Part shown: positions 55,279 to 64,000 of the stretch, piece after piece
Position numbering within the stretch: the stretch's first letter is position 1
How the letters are laid out: each line of letters opens with the position of its first letter
Virus record (IMG/VR): IMGVR_UViG_3300029935_000001
Span: 137,867 to 201,866 of that record
Source of the DNA: a virus
Taxonomy: Duplodnaviria; Heunggongvirae; Uroviricota; Caudoviricetes
Reading direction: 5' to 3' (one strand)
Length of the DNA: 64,000 nucleotides
Notes under the pieces: generated by a model
Databases searched by the model: none
The model's input: the letters and a program-made list of their open reading frames with translations, nothing else
What the model was told of the DNA's origin: nothing
Position numbers and translations under genes: made by a program

Positions 55279-57180
55279 ATGGACGTTAGTCAAACTATTC
55301 TGAGTGAAATCACAGTTTTTAACAAATATGCCAAGTTTATTCCGGAGATTAATCGCCGAGAAACTTGGCAGGAAATTTGCGAGCGCAACATGGCCATGCA
55401 TATTCGCAAATACCCTGCGCTCAAAGAAGAAATCAAGTCAATATACCGCGAATTTGTTATGACCAAGAAAGTGCTACCGTCGATGCGATCAATGCAATTT
55501 GGCGGTGCTCCGATTGAGTTGGCAAACAATCGCATGTTTAACTGCGCTTTTGTTGCAGCAGACAATCCAGCAGCGTTTTGGGAAACTATGTTTCTACTAC
55601 TCGGCGGGTCTGGAGTAGGATTTTCGTGTCAAGAGCATCATGTTGCGCAGCTACCGCTGGTCCAAGGGCCCACTAACAAACACCGGCGATTCCTAATAGG
55701 TGACTCTATTGAAGGCTGGGCCGACTCGGTAAAGGTCTTGGTTCGCTCGTATTTCGAAGGCAAAAGTGACCCGGTTTTTGACTACCGCGACATTCGCCCT
55801 AAGGGCGCACGCCTAATTACCTCAGGCGGCAAGGCCCCGGGTCCTGATCCGCTTCGCATTTGCTTGGATCACATTCGAGCGGTACTGAACAATGCTGTAG
55901 GTCGCAAACTCCGCCCGATTGAGGTGCATGACATTATGTGTCACATTGCCGACGCGGTGCTTTCGGGCGGGATTCGCCGTGCTGCCCTTATTTCCTTGTT
56001 TTCGCCATCCGACCTTGACATGCTGTCATGCAAATCAGGGGCTTGGTGGGAGCTTAACCCACAGCGCGGTCGTGCTAACAACTCGGTTGCCTTGCTTCGC
56101 GGCGCTGTATCGGAGTCTGAGTTTCAAACGCTGTGGAAGCGAGTTAAAGATTCTGGGTCAGGCGAACCGGGATTCTTCTGGACCAACGACTTAGACATTG
56201 GTACCAACCCGTGCGCTGAAATCTCGCTAAAGTCTGCACAGTTTTGCAACTTAACTGAGACTAATGTGTCTGATGTAGTTGACCAAGCGGATTTTAACCG
56301 TCGCGTCTGTGCTGCTGCGTTTATTGGCACGCTACAGGCTGGCTATACCGATTTCCATTACCTTCGTCCAATCTGGAAAGAAAACACCGAAGCCGACGCA
56401 CTCATCGGCGTTGGCCTTACTGGTATCGCGTCTGGCGCTTGCTTGGGGCTAAACCTCGAAGAAGCTGCATTCGAAGTCAATCAGGAAAATGCCCGAGTTG
56501 CAGCGCTTATCGGCATCAACCCGGCGGCCCGCACTACAACAGTGAAGCCTTCGGGCACCAGCTCGCTAGCAGTGGGCTCCTCGTCGGGCATCCATGCTTG
56601 GCACGCGCCTTACTACATTCGCCGCATGCGCGTAGGCAAAAATGAGCCACTGTATCGCTATATGATCGAAAACTTCCCACAGCTAGTTGAGGACTGCCAC
56701 TTCAAGCCACACATCGAAGCAGTGATGAGCTTTCCACAAAAAGCGCCCGATGGTGCGTTGATGCGCTCGGAGTCTGCTCTAGACTTGCTCGAGCGCGTTA
56801 AACGCTTCAACCTCGAATGGGTGCGCCCTGGCTACCACAGTGGTTCTAACCACCACAACGTGTCCTGCACTGTGTCCATCAAGGACCACGAATGGGGCCC
56901 GGTAGGCGAGTGGATGTGGGCAAACCGTGACAGCTACACTGGCATCTCAGTCCTACCGTACTCTGACCACACTTACATCCAAGCCCCGTTCGAAGACTGC
57001 GACGCAGGAACTTTTGAGTTCATGTCACAGCTATTGCACGAAATCGACCTCACGCAAGTCGAAGAAACTGAGGATTTAACTAACCTCAACGACCAAGCCG
57101 CTTGCGCCGGGGGCGCGTGTCTGGTTGACGACTTTACAGCGCCTTCGCTCGGCCTAACCGAAGGCGAGTTAATCAACTAA
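55279..57180 (+). CDS. nrdJ: Ribonucleotide reductase, class II (monomeric NrdJ-like)
   Basis: KYAK..RRETW, LPSMR, FNCAF, GGIRRAA, TNPCAE, FCNLTE, VKPSGT, C-terminal ACAGGAC; no beta subunit nearby; ATG 55279 after AGGAG. Confidence 0.8.
   Translation: MDVSQTILSEITVFNKYAKFIPEINRRETWQEICERNMAMHIRKYPALKEEIKSIYREFVMTKKVLPSMRSMQFGGAPIELANNRMFNCAFVAADNPAAFWETMFLLLGGSGVGFSCQEHHVAQLPLVQGPTNKHRRFLIGDSIEGWADSVKVLVRSYFEGKSDPVFDYRDIRPKGARLITSGGKAPGPDPLRICLDHIRAVLNNAVGRKLRPIEVHDIMCHIADAVLSGGIRRAALISLFSPSDLDMLSCKSGAWWELNPQRGRANNSVALLRGAVSESEFQTLWKRVKDSGSGEPGFFWTNDLDIGTNPCAEISLKSAQFCNLTETNVSDVVDQADFNRRVCAAAFIGTLQAGYTDFHYLRPIWKENTEADALIGVGLTGIASGACLGLNLEEAAFEVNQENARVAALIGINPAARTTTVKPSGTSSLAVGSSSGIHAWHAPYYIRRMRVGKNEPLYRYMIENFPQLVEDCHFKPHIEAVMSFPQKAPDGALMRSESALDLLERVKRFNLEWVRPGYHSGSNHHNVSCTVSIKDHEWGPVGEWMWANRDSYTGISVLPYSDHTYIQAPFEDCDAGTFEFMSQLLHEIDLTQVEETEDLTNLNDQAACAGGACLVDDFTAPSLGLTEGELIN
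57100..57119 (+). repeat. 20-bp direct repeat, copy 1 (copy 2 at 58010-58029)
   Basis: GCTTGCGCCGGGGGCGCGTG, encoding ACAGGA(C). Confidence 0.92.
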
Positions 57181-57993
57181 CCGTATTTCCCAGCCCTCCG
57201 AGTTGCGGCGTGCCATTAGGCTGCCCCTCGGAGCTGGCGGTATTTTGCCTCTGTTAATGAACTTTCGAAATATATCTCGGTTTAGGGCATGCTGAATGCA
57301 GAACGATTTAAGTGCTCTGACAGAGTACTGATCACCATTTGGTGATATGATTAGGTATGAATACACCGAGTTCTTTTGCGCGAGCAACTGTCTAGTTTCG
57401 CTCGAATGAGCTTTACCGACAAACGAGTACGACGCAAATTTTTTGCGCTCGGCGGGAGACATTTCGGAGACTGTTTTGATCCGGGCTTTGAGGCCGCGCT
57501 GTAGTGATTCATTGCTCATTGAGTGCCTAGGGTTGTTAGTTATCATCCGGGCTCGAGCAGCGGCTCGCGACTGAATTGTTTTGCCGCTGTTGTCTACTCC
57601 GTATCTGGCCATTAACGTTTGCGTTCTTTTTTGAATAACATCTGGTGAGTTAAGTTTATCTTTTATTTTCTGCCCAACTACACCAGGATCAGTTTTGTGA
57701 TGATGATGCTGTACTCCGGTCTCGGGTATTAAGTTTGCCCATGCTACACTTTCGACGATTGCGTTTGACTTTGAGAAATTAGCAGCAAACTCAGCTAGTG
57801 TCACTGGGTCTACAAAGAGGCAGTACCATACAGTCTCTACTAGATCTTTACCGTGAACTCGTATATGGTTAAGCCATCGCACCCCGCTTCCACTATAAGT
57901 CTCGGGGTTGCGTTGAGTTTTCCCAAAATAGTGTAAATTGGTTTTTGTGTGTCGCTTTATATACAAGAAAGTCGGGGTAAAATTAGTAGCCAT
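57169..57993 (-). CDS. Free-standing GIY-YIG (Seg-like) homing endonuclease
   Basis: LYIKRH..LHYFGKT..YSGSG.RW..H; NUMOD3-like GKAHSSETRQ; NUMOD1-like end. Confidence 0.82.
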   Translation of the reverse strand: MATNFTPTFLYIKRHTKTNLHYFGKTQRNPETYSGSGVRWLNHIRVHGKDLVETVWYCLFVDPVTLAEFAANFSKSNAIVESVAWANLIPETGVQHHHHKTDPGVVGQKIKDKLNSPDVIQKRTQTLMARYGVDNSGKTIQSRAAARARMITNNPRHSMSNESLQRGLKARIKTVSEMSPAERKKFASYSFVGKAHSSETRQLLAQKNSVYSYLIISPNGDQYSVRALKSFCIQHALNRDIFRKFINRGKIPPAPRGSLMARRNSEGWEIRLVD

Positions 57994-58009
57994 ACCGTAT
58001 ATATGACAG

Positions 58010-58072
58010 GCTTGCGCCGGGGGCGCGTGCGAAATTGATGTGTCTCTGGTAGCCGAAACCGAATCGGTTTAA
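58010..58072 (+). pseudogene. Stranded original 3' end of the RNR gene (repeat copy 2 plus CEIDVSLVAETESV*)
   Basis: Reads ACAGGACEIDVSLVAETESV then TAA; no start of its own. Confidence 0.75.
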
Positions 58073-58139
58073 CCAAAACCGTTGCAGCCAAAATGCCGAT
58101 ACTGTATAATTCAGTATCGGCATTTTTAATGGAGGAAAT

Positions 58140-58442
58140 ATGCATTTCGACGTTGACACAATTTATAGTATTAAGCTAGTAACCGGCGAAGAGATTGTTG
58201 CTAAAGTAATAGGGCAATCAGACACTGTTTTAGAAATTACAAAGCCCCTTACCATTGGCGTAGGACCACAAGGCCTACAAATGGTGCCGTCGCTGTTTGG
58301 TGGCAACCCGGACCGAAAAATCCAGCTAAATAAGGGTAGCGTTGTCATGGTCACTTCTGCACGCGACGAGCTAGTCTCTTCGTATATTGAAGGCACCACT
58401 GGTATCAAGCCAGTCACCAAGGGCAGCATTCTTATGGGTTAA
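58140..58442 (+). CDS. Small Sm/LSm-like beta protein
   Basis: IKLVTGEEIVAKV..KPL..Y..T.GI pattern. Confidence 0.55.
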   Translation: MHFDVDTIYSIKLVTGEEIVAKVIGQSDTVLEITKPLTIGVGPQGLQMVPSLFGGNPDRKIQLNKGSVVMVTSARDELVSSYIEGTTGIKPVTKGSILMG

Positions 58443-58445
58443 TCA

Positions 58446-58733
58446 ATGCCAGCATTAGTACGAGTAGGAGATCCCAACGAAGTAGGTGGGTTAGTTATTA
58501 CCGGAGAACCCACTGTGATTGTTAATGGTAGACCGGCGGGGATTCATCAGGCCGACATCACACCGCACCCTTGCTGTGGGTCAAAGGGTTGTGCGATACA
58601 CTGTAACGCCAAAACCACTACTGGATCTTCTACAGTATTTGCTGGCGGCAAACCTGTGCTGTATGTTGGTGTTGCTGACACTTGTGGCCACACACGCGCG
58701 CAAGGAAGTCCTGACGTTTTTGTAGGAACATAA
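58446..58733 (+). CDS. PAAR-domain spike tip protein (gp5.4-like)
   Basis: RVGD..V.VNGRPA..H.C..H..GS.TVFAGGKP..D.CGH..GSPDVF. Confidence 0.88.
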   Translation: MPALVRVGDPNEVGGLVITGEPTVIVNGRPAGIHQADITPHPCCGSKGCAIHCNAKTTTGSSTVFAGGKPVLYVGVADTCGHTRAQGSPDVFVGT

Positions 58734-60478
58734 TGAGTTTAAGTGTATTACAGCTAAACGCACTGAATGCGTTAATGGCAGGCCCTTGTTTAGCACCAGT
58801 AGCCTTACCTGCGGTAATTGGTTTTGGGCGAGAAATTATCCCTAACTTAGATGCTGACATTTCCCCAGCTAACACTGCTCGCATCTCCCAATTAGTCGAA
58901 TCTGCTAGGCCATATTTAGACACAGTCGAGGCTCGAAGTTATAAAGTTTCAGGATTTCCGGTGACCTTCCAACCACTACCGGTGTATCTAAGTGCGTATA
59001 TCCCAGTGTGGCGTTCTACTGTGTTATTTTTTAACGACAATCAAAACAAGTTTTGCTCGTTGTTAAATGTAGTCCGTGGCTATATAGATCAATCTAACGA
59101 AATTCTCGGCGCAGCAGCCAACTCTAATACGGTAGCAAAAAAGCTAAGTTTTAGGTCACCTGACTTTGTAGCTACTGCAGGGATCACTGCGTTGACTTCA
59201 GATCTCAGTGCGTACAGGCAAGATTTAATCAACCTCGGTAACGCACTGAGCTTCAAATACCTTGAGAGTTTTGGGGACCCGGCTAGTTTTATTCAAACTG
59301 TTCTTGAGGCAGCAAGCGGCCTACCGTCGGTGTTGCTTGATCGGCTGGTAGCCGCCGGTCTTTCTCGTTCGACTATTTTAACAAACTCATACTCGGTTGC
59401 AGACAAAGGTCTGATCTACCGCACACTACTAGCAATTAACGGCGCTGACCTTGGGTTGTTGCTTTCTATTCTGCGAGTTCGAACAGCAGGTCTTGAAACA
59501 GCAGCAGATTTGCTTGATCCAAAAAAGTTGTTTCCGCTTTCGTTTAGTAGTTTTGCAAAAGCTGCTAACTTTTCTGTACCAAAAAGCGCACAGTACCTGT
59601 TTTCGATATTGCCCGAATCTGTAGTTCTCCGCACAGTCGAGTTCAGAACAAACGCGTTACAAACCAATAATATTATTAGCCTCACTCCAGAAAAGTTAGC
59701 CGGTGTAGTCAACAAATTAGATTTGACAGGAGCGTCAATTCCTACTGGAAATTTAGCAACCATCCCGGTGGTGGAATCCGCGTTAGGAACCGGCACAGGG
59801 CGAGGAAACCGCTATCGTTTAGTTGACGGTCTCGGTAGTTTAGTTGGACACAACTTGCTTGTAGAAATTGCACAGTTAAACGCCTTGGTCCTTGACGTTC
59901 CAGTAGCGCTTCGTGCTAATTTTGATAGCCTTGGGTTAATTATGGCTGCTCCTGACCCTGAGATTCCTGAGTTAAGTACGGATCCGTTAACCCCGCAAGT
60001 TGCAGCGTTTGAAGTTGTAGGCAGTTCTATAATCGCAAGTGCAGTTAGTACGTTAGGAATTAACCAATATGCAACTTCGTTCGAAGCAAGAAACGCTGAG
60101 GTTACGCGACTACTAAACGATATTGAACCCGAGTGGTATAGCTATACCATCACCCATGGCGATAAATTGTCTGCAGCGCACGAAGCCTACCTAACTATCA
60201 CTTCTCAACTCGCCCGCGAACACGCCCTTCGCTACCGCGCCGAAGAAGAAGGCGGATACAGTATAGTCGAAAGCACTCGCGCAACAAATTCAAATCTCGT
60301 ATCGTTTGTTAAAAGTTTACATGAATTTGGAGCCAACCCCGAGTATCAGGAATTTGTTGAAAAACTCACATCAAATCAATTCATTATTGGTTGTTTGCGA
60401 GAAGGCAAAAACATTAAAGCACTACAAACGGCAGGAATTAACAACAGTATTCTTGTATCTTCTACACTAAGTGGTTGA
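58733..60478 (+). CDS. Hypothetical (baseplate-associated?) protein
   Basis: 581 aa coupled to PAAR; ends LREGKN..L..AGI. Confidence 0.6.
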   Translation: MSLSVLQLNALNALMAGPCLAPVALPAVIGFGREIIPNLDADISPANTARISQLVESARPYLDTVEARSYKVSGFPVTFQPLPVYLSAYIPVWRSTVLFFNDNQNKFCSLLNVVRGYIDQSNEILGAAANSNTVAKKLSFRSPDFVATAGITALTSDLSAYRQDLINLGNALSFKYLESFGDPASFIQTVLEAASGLPSVLLDRLVAAGLSRSTILTNSYSVADKGLIYRTLLAINGADLGLLLSILRVRTAGLETAADLLDPKKLFPLSFSSFAKAANFSVPKSAQYLFSILPESVVLRTVEFRTNALQTNNIISLTPEKLAGVVNKLDLTGASIPTGNLATIPVVESALGTGTGRGNRYRLVDGLGSLVGHNLLVEIAQLNALVLDVPVALRANFDSLGLIMAAPDPEIPELSTDPLTPQVAAFEVVGSSIIASAVSTLGINQYATSFEARNAEVTRLLNDIEPEWYSYTITHGDKLSAAHEAYLTITSQLAREHALRYRAEEEGGYSIVESTRATNSNLVSFVKSLHEFGANPEYQEFVEKLTSNQFIIGCLREGKNIKALQTAGINNSILVSSTLSG

Positions 60479-60503
60479 CAGGCGGTAAATACTAAGTTAT
60501 ACT
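60475..60503 (+). promoter_or_regulatory. Dual early/late promoter
   Basis: TTGACA-N17-TATACT with TAAATA (60486-91) inside the spacer. Confidence 0.7.
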
Positions 60504-60526
60504 CTCTAAAAACTAAGGAGATTGCT

Positions 60527-61135
60527 ATGTACTTAGTAGCTCGTCTACGACATTATAGCGTTTTATTGGTTTCAGGGATGCTTGTTGTGTGCCTGTCAAT
60601 CATATTTTTTGAACGCAGCAGCGATTACGTTACGTCGCTGCAACCCGAAGTATATCCGATAATAGCATTGTCGGAGCCAGTGGAACTTGACGAAGCTCCA
60701 CTAAAGCCGTTGATCACCGGTGATATCAAACGCCAGCTCGAATGCATGGCAGACAATATTTACTACGAAGCTGGTATTGAGTCTCGGTTAGGTAAGGTAG
60801 CCGTTGCACGCGTAGTTATGAACCGTGTCAATGACCCACGTTGGCCCAATACCCCTTGCAAAGTTGTGTATGAGGGTGCAAAATACTCTAAAGACGAAGC
60901 ACACCTGCAGCGCGGTCGGTGTCAGTTTTCGTGGTTATGTCAAGGTAAGCGACCGGAAAAGCCTAACCCTCAGGTCTACCGCGAAGCTTACGAAGTGGCA
61001 ATCGAAGTGCTGTTGCACAACAAATGGCAAGACCGCTTTCAAGACATCACATTTTATCACGGCGATTACGTAAATCCTCGTTGGCGCTATCAGTATGTTA
61101 AGCGCGTAGGCCGGCATCTTTTTTACAAAGGTTGA
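60527..61135 (+). CDS. SleB-like cell wall hydrolase (Hydrolase_2), membrane-anchored
   Basis: CMADNIYYEA..GKVAVA.VVMNRV..P.T.C.VV..CQFSW; N-terminal TM. Confidence 0.88.
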   Translation: MYLVARLRHYSVLLVSGMLVVCLSIIFFERSSDYVTSLQPEVYPIIALSEPVELDEAPLKPLITGDIKRQLECMADNIYYEAGIESRLGKVAVARVVMNRVNDPRWPNTPCKVVYEGAKYSKDEAHLQRGRCQFSWLCQGKRPEKPNPQVYREAYEVAIEVLLHNKWQDRFQDITFYHGDYVNPRWRYQYVKRVGRHLFYKG

Positions 61136-61137
61136 TA

Positions 61138-62475
61138 ATGATTTCTCAATGGGTTGACAAGTTAAACGAATCAAACAGCCGAAAGCACAAAGAAGCAACA
61201 ATCGCTCAGTGTTTGGCGTCGGCGCAGCTCGGCGACGAAACTGCTCAGCGATTTTTGCGTTATGCCAAAATGGCTTACAATCCCTGGATTACATTCGGAG
61301 TAAAGCAGGTGCCCGAAGCTAGTAGCAACGGTGCCACCGACGACAACCTTGTCGAGTTTGATACCGTAGCTGCCGGGCTAATTTCTCGAGAGTTGACGGG
61401 GCATGTTGCCCGCGACGCTATTGCAAAAGCAATGCAGCTGGTGAGCGTAGACACTTGGAACAAGGTGTGCCGCCCGGTATTGATCAAAGATCTTCGTTGT
61501 AACGTAACAGAAAAAACGTTCAACAAGGTGCTCGCCGGCACACCTTATGAGATTCCGGTGTTTAGTGCTCAACTCGCCGAAGACGGGACTGAGCATCCGG
61601 CTCACATGAAAGGAAAAAAACACCTTAACGTTAAGCTCGACGGCGTTCGTGTTCTTGCGTTTGTAGACGATACCAAGTGCATTTTGTATTCGCGCAATGG
61701 GATACCGTTTGAAAACTTCGAAGTGGTTGAGCGTGAACTACTTGACGTTTTTTGGCCTCGCTACCGACTGCACAATCCGCGCAGTGCCGGCGTGGTGTTT
61801 GATGGTGAGATTGTGTCGCGCGACTTCAATGACCTCATGAAGCACGCCAGGGTCAAAGGCTCTAAGAAGGGCAAATCCAAACCAGTTTATCATGTGTTCG
61901 ACATGATCCCAGTTGAAGACTTTGATCGCACTTACTATAATGTACCACAATCTACACGAACAAAAAACCTAGGGCGTGTGATCCCTATTAGTTTCAATAG
62001 CGAAGTGGTAAAGCTAGTTCCGCATGTGGAAGTAGATCTTGACACTGCCGAAGGGCACGAAATCCTAAATCGGTTTTTGACTGACGCTATAGCTAACAAG
62101 TTCGAAGGCGTTATGGTCAAAGATGCTGACGCGCCGTATGAATGTAAGCGCTCAGTGTGGTGGCTCAAGATCAAACCCACTATTACCGTGGACCTTGAAT
62201 GCGTTGGTTACGAAGAGGGCACTGGACGTAACCTCGGGCGCCTGGGCGCTTTCATCTTTGAAGGACTATACAACGGTAGCAACGTGCGAGTCAACGTAGG
62301 CACCGGGTATTCAGACCAAGATCGAGCGCATTTTTGGGCAATCCGTGACGAGCTAGTTGGATGCATTGGTGAAATCGAAGCGGACAAGGTGTCTGAAAAC
62401 AAAGACGGCGGGTTTTCGCTTAGGTTTCCTCGATTTGTGCGTTGGCGCGGATTTAAGCTCGGGGTGAAACTATGA
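61138..62475 (+). CDS. lig: ATP-dependent DNA ligase
   Basis: KLDGVR, FDGE, FDM, EGVMVK, WLKIK, SLRFPRF. Confidence 0.92.
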   Translation: MISQWVDKLNESNSRKHKEATIAQCLASAQLGDETAQRFLRYAKMAYNPWITFGVKQVPEASSNGATDDNLVEFDTVAAGLISRELTGHVARDAIAKAMQLVSVDTWNKVCRPVLIKDLRCNVTEKTFNKVLAGTPYEIPVFSAQLAEDGTEHPAHMKGKKHLNVKLDGVRVLAFVDDTKCILYSRNGIPFENFEVVERELLDVFWPRYRLHNPRSAGVVFDGEIVSRDFNDLMKHARVKGSKKGKSKPVYHVFDMIPVEDFDRTYYNVPQSTRTKNLGRVIPISFNSEVVKLVPHVEVDLDTAEGHEILNRFLTDAIANKFEGVMVKDADAPYECKRSVWWLKIKPTITVDLECVGYEEGTGRNLGRLGAFIFEGLYNGSNVRVNVGTGYSDQDRAHFWAIRDELVGCIGEIEADKVSENKDGGFSLRFPRFVRWRGFKLGVKL

Positions 62476-62801
62476 TGCCACGTCGCCTTCGCCGCATGTA
62501 TCGAGGGGAAAGTATTCGTTGCTTGGAAGAATTGTGTAAGCAATACCATGCAACTGCCGAAATGCCAAACGGTACGCAACACAACTATTATCAATCCAAC
62601 GGCACCGGTACAGTTACTATTTCTATCCCAACTAGTCGGGCCCTGGAGCTAGCAATAATAAACGACATGGTCGTTAAGCTGACAGCCGCTAACTCCGATT
62701 TGCTCGATGTGGTTGAGATGGTATCGGCGCACCCAAACGACGCAGTTAAATCTGCCTTTGAGCAATTAATGACGGTGTACAAGTTATCAAAGACACTATG
62801 A
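62472..62801 (+). CDS. Hypothetical protein
   Basis: 109 aa, coupled. Confidence 0.6.
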   Translation: MMPRRLRRMYRGESIRCLEELCKQYHATAEMPNGTQHNYYQSNGTGTVTISIPTSRALELAIINDMVVKLTAANSDLLDVVEMVSAHPNDAVKSAFEQLMTVYKLSKTL

Positions 62802-63085
62802 AATCAGACTACGCTTACTATATTCGGTATTTTGCTGAACGGTACAGAGTTACCAGCATAGAGGTAAATCCTCTCGAATTCAGCACCGTTGGATCATCTT
62901 ACCAAATGCCTGTGCAACGTTCAAATGATGTATTTTTGCGCATCGGAATTTCCGAGTTGAACGACGTGGCGCAAACGCTTTATGAAGCTGAGCGCGAAGA
63001 ACAAATGCGTAAAAGATTTCCAGCCCTTGATGATGCCTATCATAAGTATCGAATGTTAGTAGAGATTTATCGAGGAGTGTTGTAG
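62798..63085 (+). CDS. Hypothetical protein
   Basis: 95 aa; R..FPAL.DAY.KY tail. Confidence 0.6.
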   Translation: MKSDYAYYIRYFAERYRVTSIEVNPLEFSTVGSSYQMPVQRSNDVFLRIGISELNDVAQTLYEAEREEQMRKRFPALDDAYHKYRMLVEIYRGVL

Positions 63086-64000
63086 TGCTTTTTGGCATAT
63101 TTGTATTAATAGTAGCATTAGGATTGTCTGCGGTTGCTGCTTATTATAGCATAGTCGGCTTGGTAGCGATTTTTGCGGCTGCTGCTATACCTATTATCGT
63201 TATGGGATCCATCCTTGAGGTAGCCAAGATTACTGTAACAATTTGGCTTCACCAGTATTGGGATAGGTGCCAATGGATGATGAAAACGTATCTAACTATA
63301 GCAGTGGTAATGTTGATGTTCATTACTAGCATGGGAGTGTTTGGGTTTTTGTCAAGGGCCCATATTGAGCAGACATTATCCGTTGGGTCCAACGGAGTAT
63401 TAATAGCAGACATCGATCGACAAATTGCGGTGCACGAGCGTGTGATTTCTGACGCTAACACTGTCATTGCACAACTGGATCAAGCAGTGCAGTCACTGAT
63501 TGATGCACAACGAATCCGCGGAGCCGGCGGATCACTGGCGGTGCGCGAGGCCCAAAAGACCGAACGTGACACATTAGCAGCAAGCATTGCTGAGGCCAAC
63601 GCTGCAATATCCGTGTTGGCTGAGCAAAAGCTACCGCTACTACAAAGCCAACAACAGCTCGAGGCCGAAGTGGGTCCGCTCAAATATATTGCTGCACTAA
63701 TATACGGAGACTCGCCGTCACACGATTTGCTCGAAAATGCAGTCAGGTGGGTTATCATCCTTATTGTTGCAGTGTTTGATCCCCTTGCCGTAATGATGGT
63801 GCTAGCCGCGACCGAAAGTTTCAAGTGGGCTGCTGCTCGCAAGCAGGAAGCGTCTGCTTCGGGCGAGTTAGCTGCGATTGCAGGACCGACGGCTGTTATG
63901 GCCGATCCAAGCTCTACTATGTCTACTGGTGAGATTGAAAACTCGCAGCCTCATCTTCCGCCAGGGCCCGAGCCAACTTCCGACTCGGGCCCTGGCGCCC
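63085..64000 (+). CDS. Multi-TM plus coiled-coil membrane protein, 3' partial (not in ORF track)
   Basis: GTG overlaps the upstream TAG; LSAVAAYYSIVGL..LEVAK..TSMGVFGFLSRAH; runs off the window. Confidence 0.75.
   Translation, partial: MLFGIFVLIVALGLSAVAAYYSIVGLVAIFAAAAIPIIVMGSILEVAKITVTIWLHQYWDRCQWMMKTYLTIAVVMLMFITSMGVFGFLSRAHIEQTLSVGSNGVLIADIDRQIAVHERVISDANTVIAQLDQAVQSLIDAQRIRGAGGSLAVREAQKTERDTLAASIAEANAAISVLAEQKLPLLQSQQQLEAEVGPLKYIAALIYGDSPSHDLLENAVRWVIILIVAVFDPLAVMMVLAATESFKWAAARKQEASASGELAAIAGPTAVMADPSSTMSTGEIENSQPHLPPGPEPTSDSGPGA

Noticed and set aside
57120-58009. Group I intron in nrdJ
   Set aside because: The endonuclease is antisense and fills 825 of the 910 bp, leaving no room for a ribozyme core; the RNR frame ends normally upstream.
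130-63842. Numerous 60-200 aa antisense or nested ORFs (e.g. 3672-4070, 29935-30321, 34510-35274, 63480-63842)
   Set aside because: They are shadows of well-supported genes on the other strand, with no RBS or recognisable motifs.
1-64000. Stop-codon recoding as the reason for split genes
   Set aside because: TAA, TAG (e.g. 7897) and TGA (e.g. 14611) all end coupled genes normally, and both splits end in TAA.

Overview
This 64 kb window is an internal segment of a large T4-related myovirus genome (probably a jumbo phage), standard genetic code. It holds tail sheath and tube genes, head-completion and terminase genes, large modular head-associated proteins and a tail-fibre cluster. The replication/recombination block has gp32-like SSB, UvsX, UvsY, UvsW, primase, helicase, a ~200-aa DnaE-like protein, an exonuclease, a class II ribonucleotide reductase and DNA ligase; PAAR and SleB-like hydrolase genes also occur. 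Sigma70-type early promoters (TTGACC-N17-TATAAT) and T4-type late promoters (TAAATA) can be read directly. Main observations: (1) two essential genes are fractured by atypically split inteins: uvsX (15-aa IntN, intervening Vsr-like homing endonuclease gene, 124-aa IntC) and terL (31-aa IntN, 113-aa IntC, 6-bp gap). (2) Two free-standing endonuclease genes sit between exact 18-20 bp direct repeats; one duplicates the RNR C-terminal ACAGGAC codons and strands the apparent original RNR tail 910 bp downstream. (3) Late promoters overlap RBS-occluding hairpins. (4) Mosaic, probably protease-processed virion polyproteins include a UBA-like module and a nucleotidyltransferase/ligase-like fusion. No tRNA, rRNA, CRISPR array or reverse transcriptase was seen. 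All family calls come from motif recognition by eye, not database searches.
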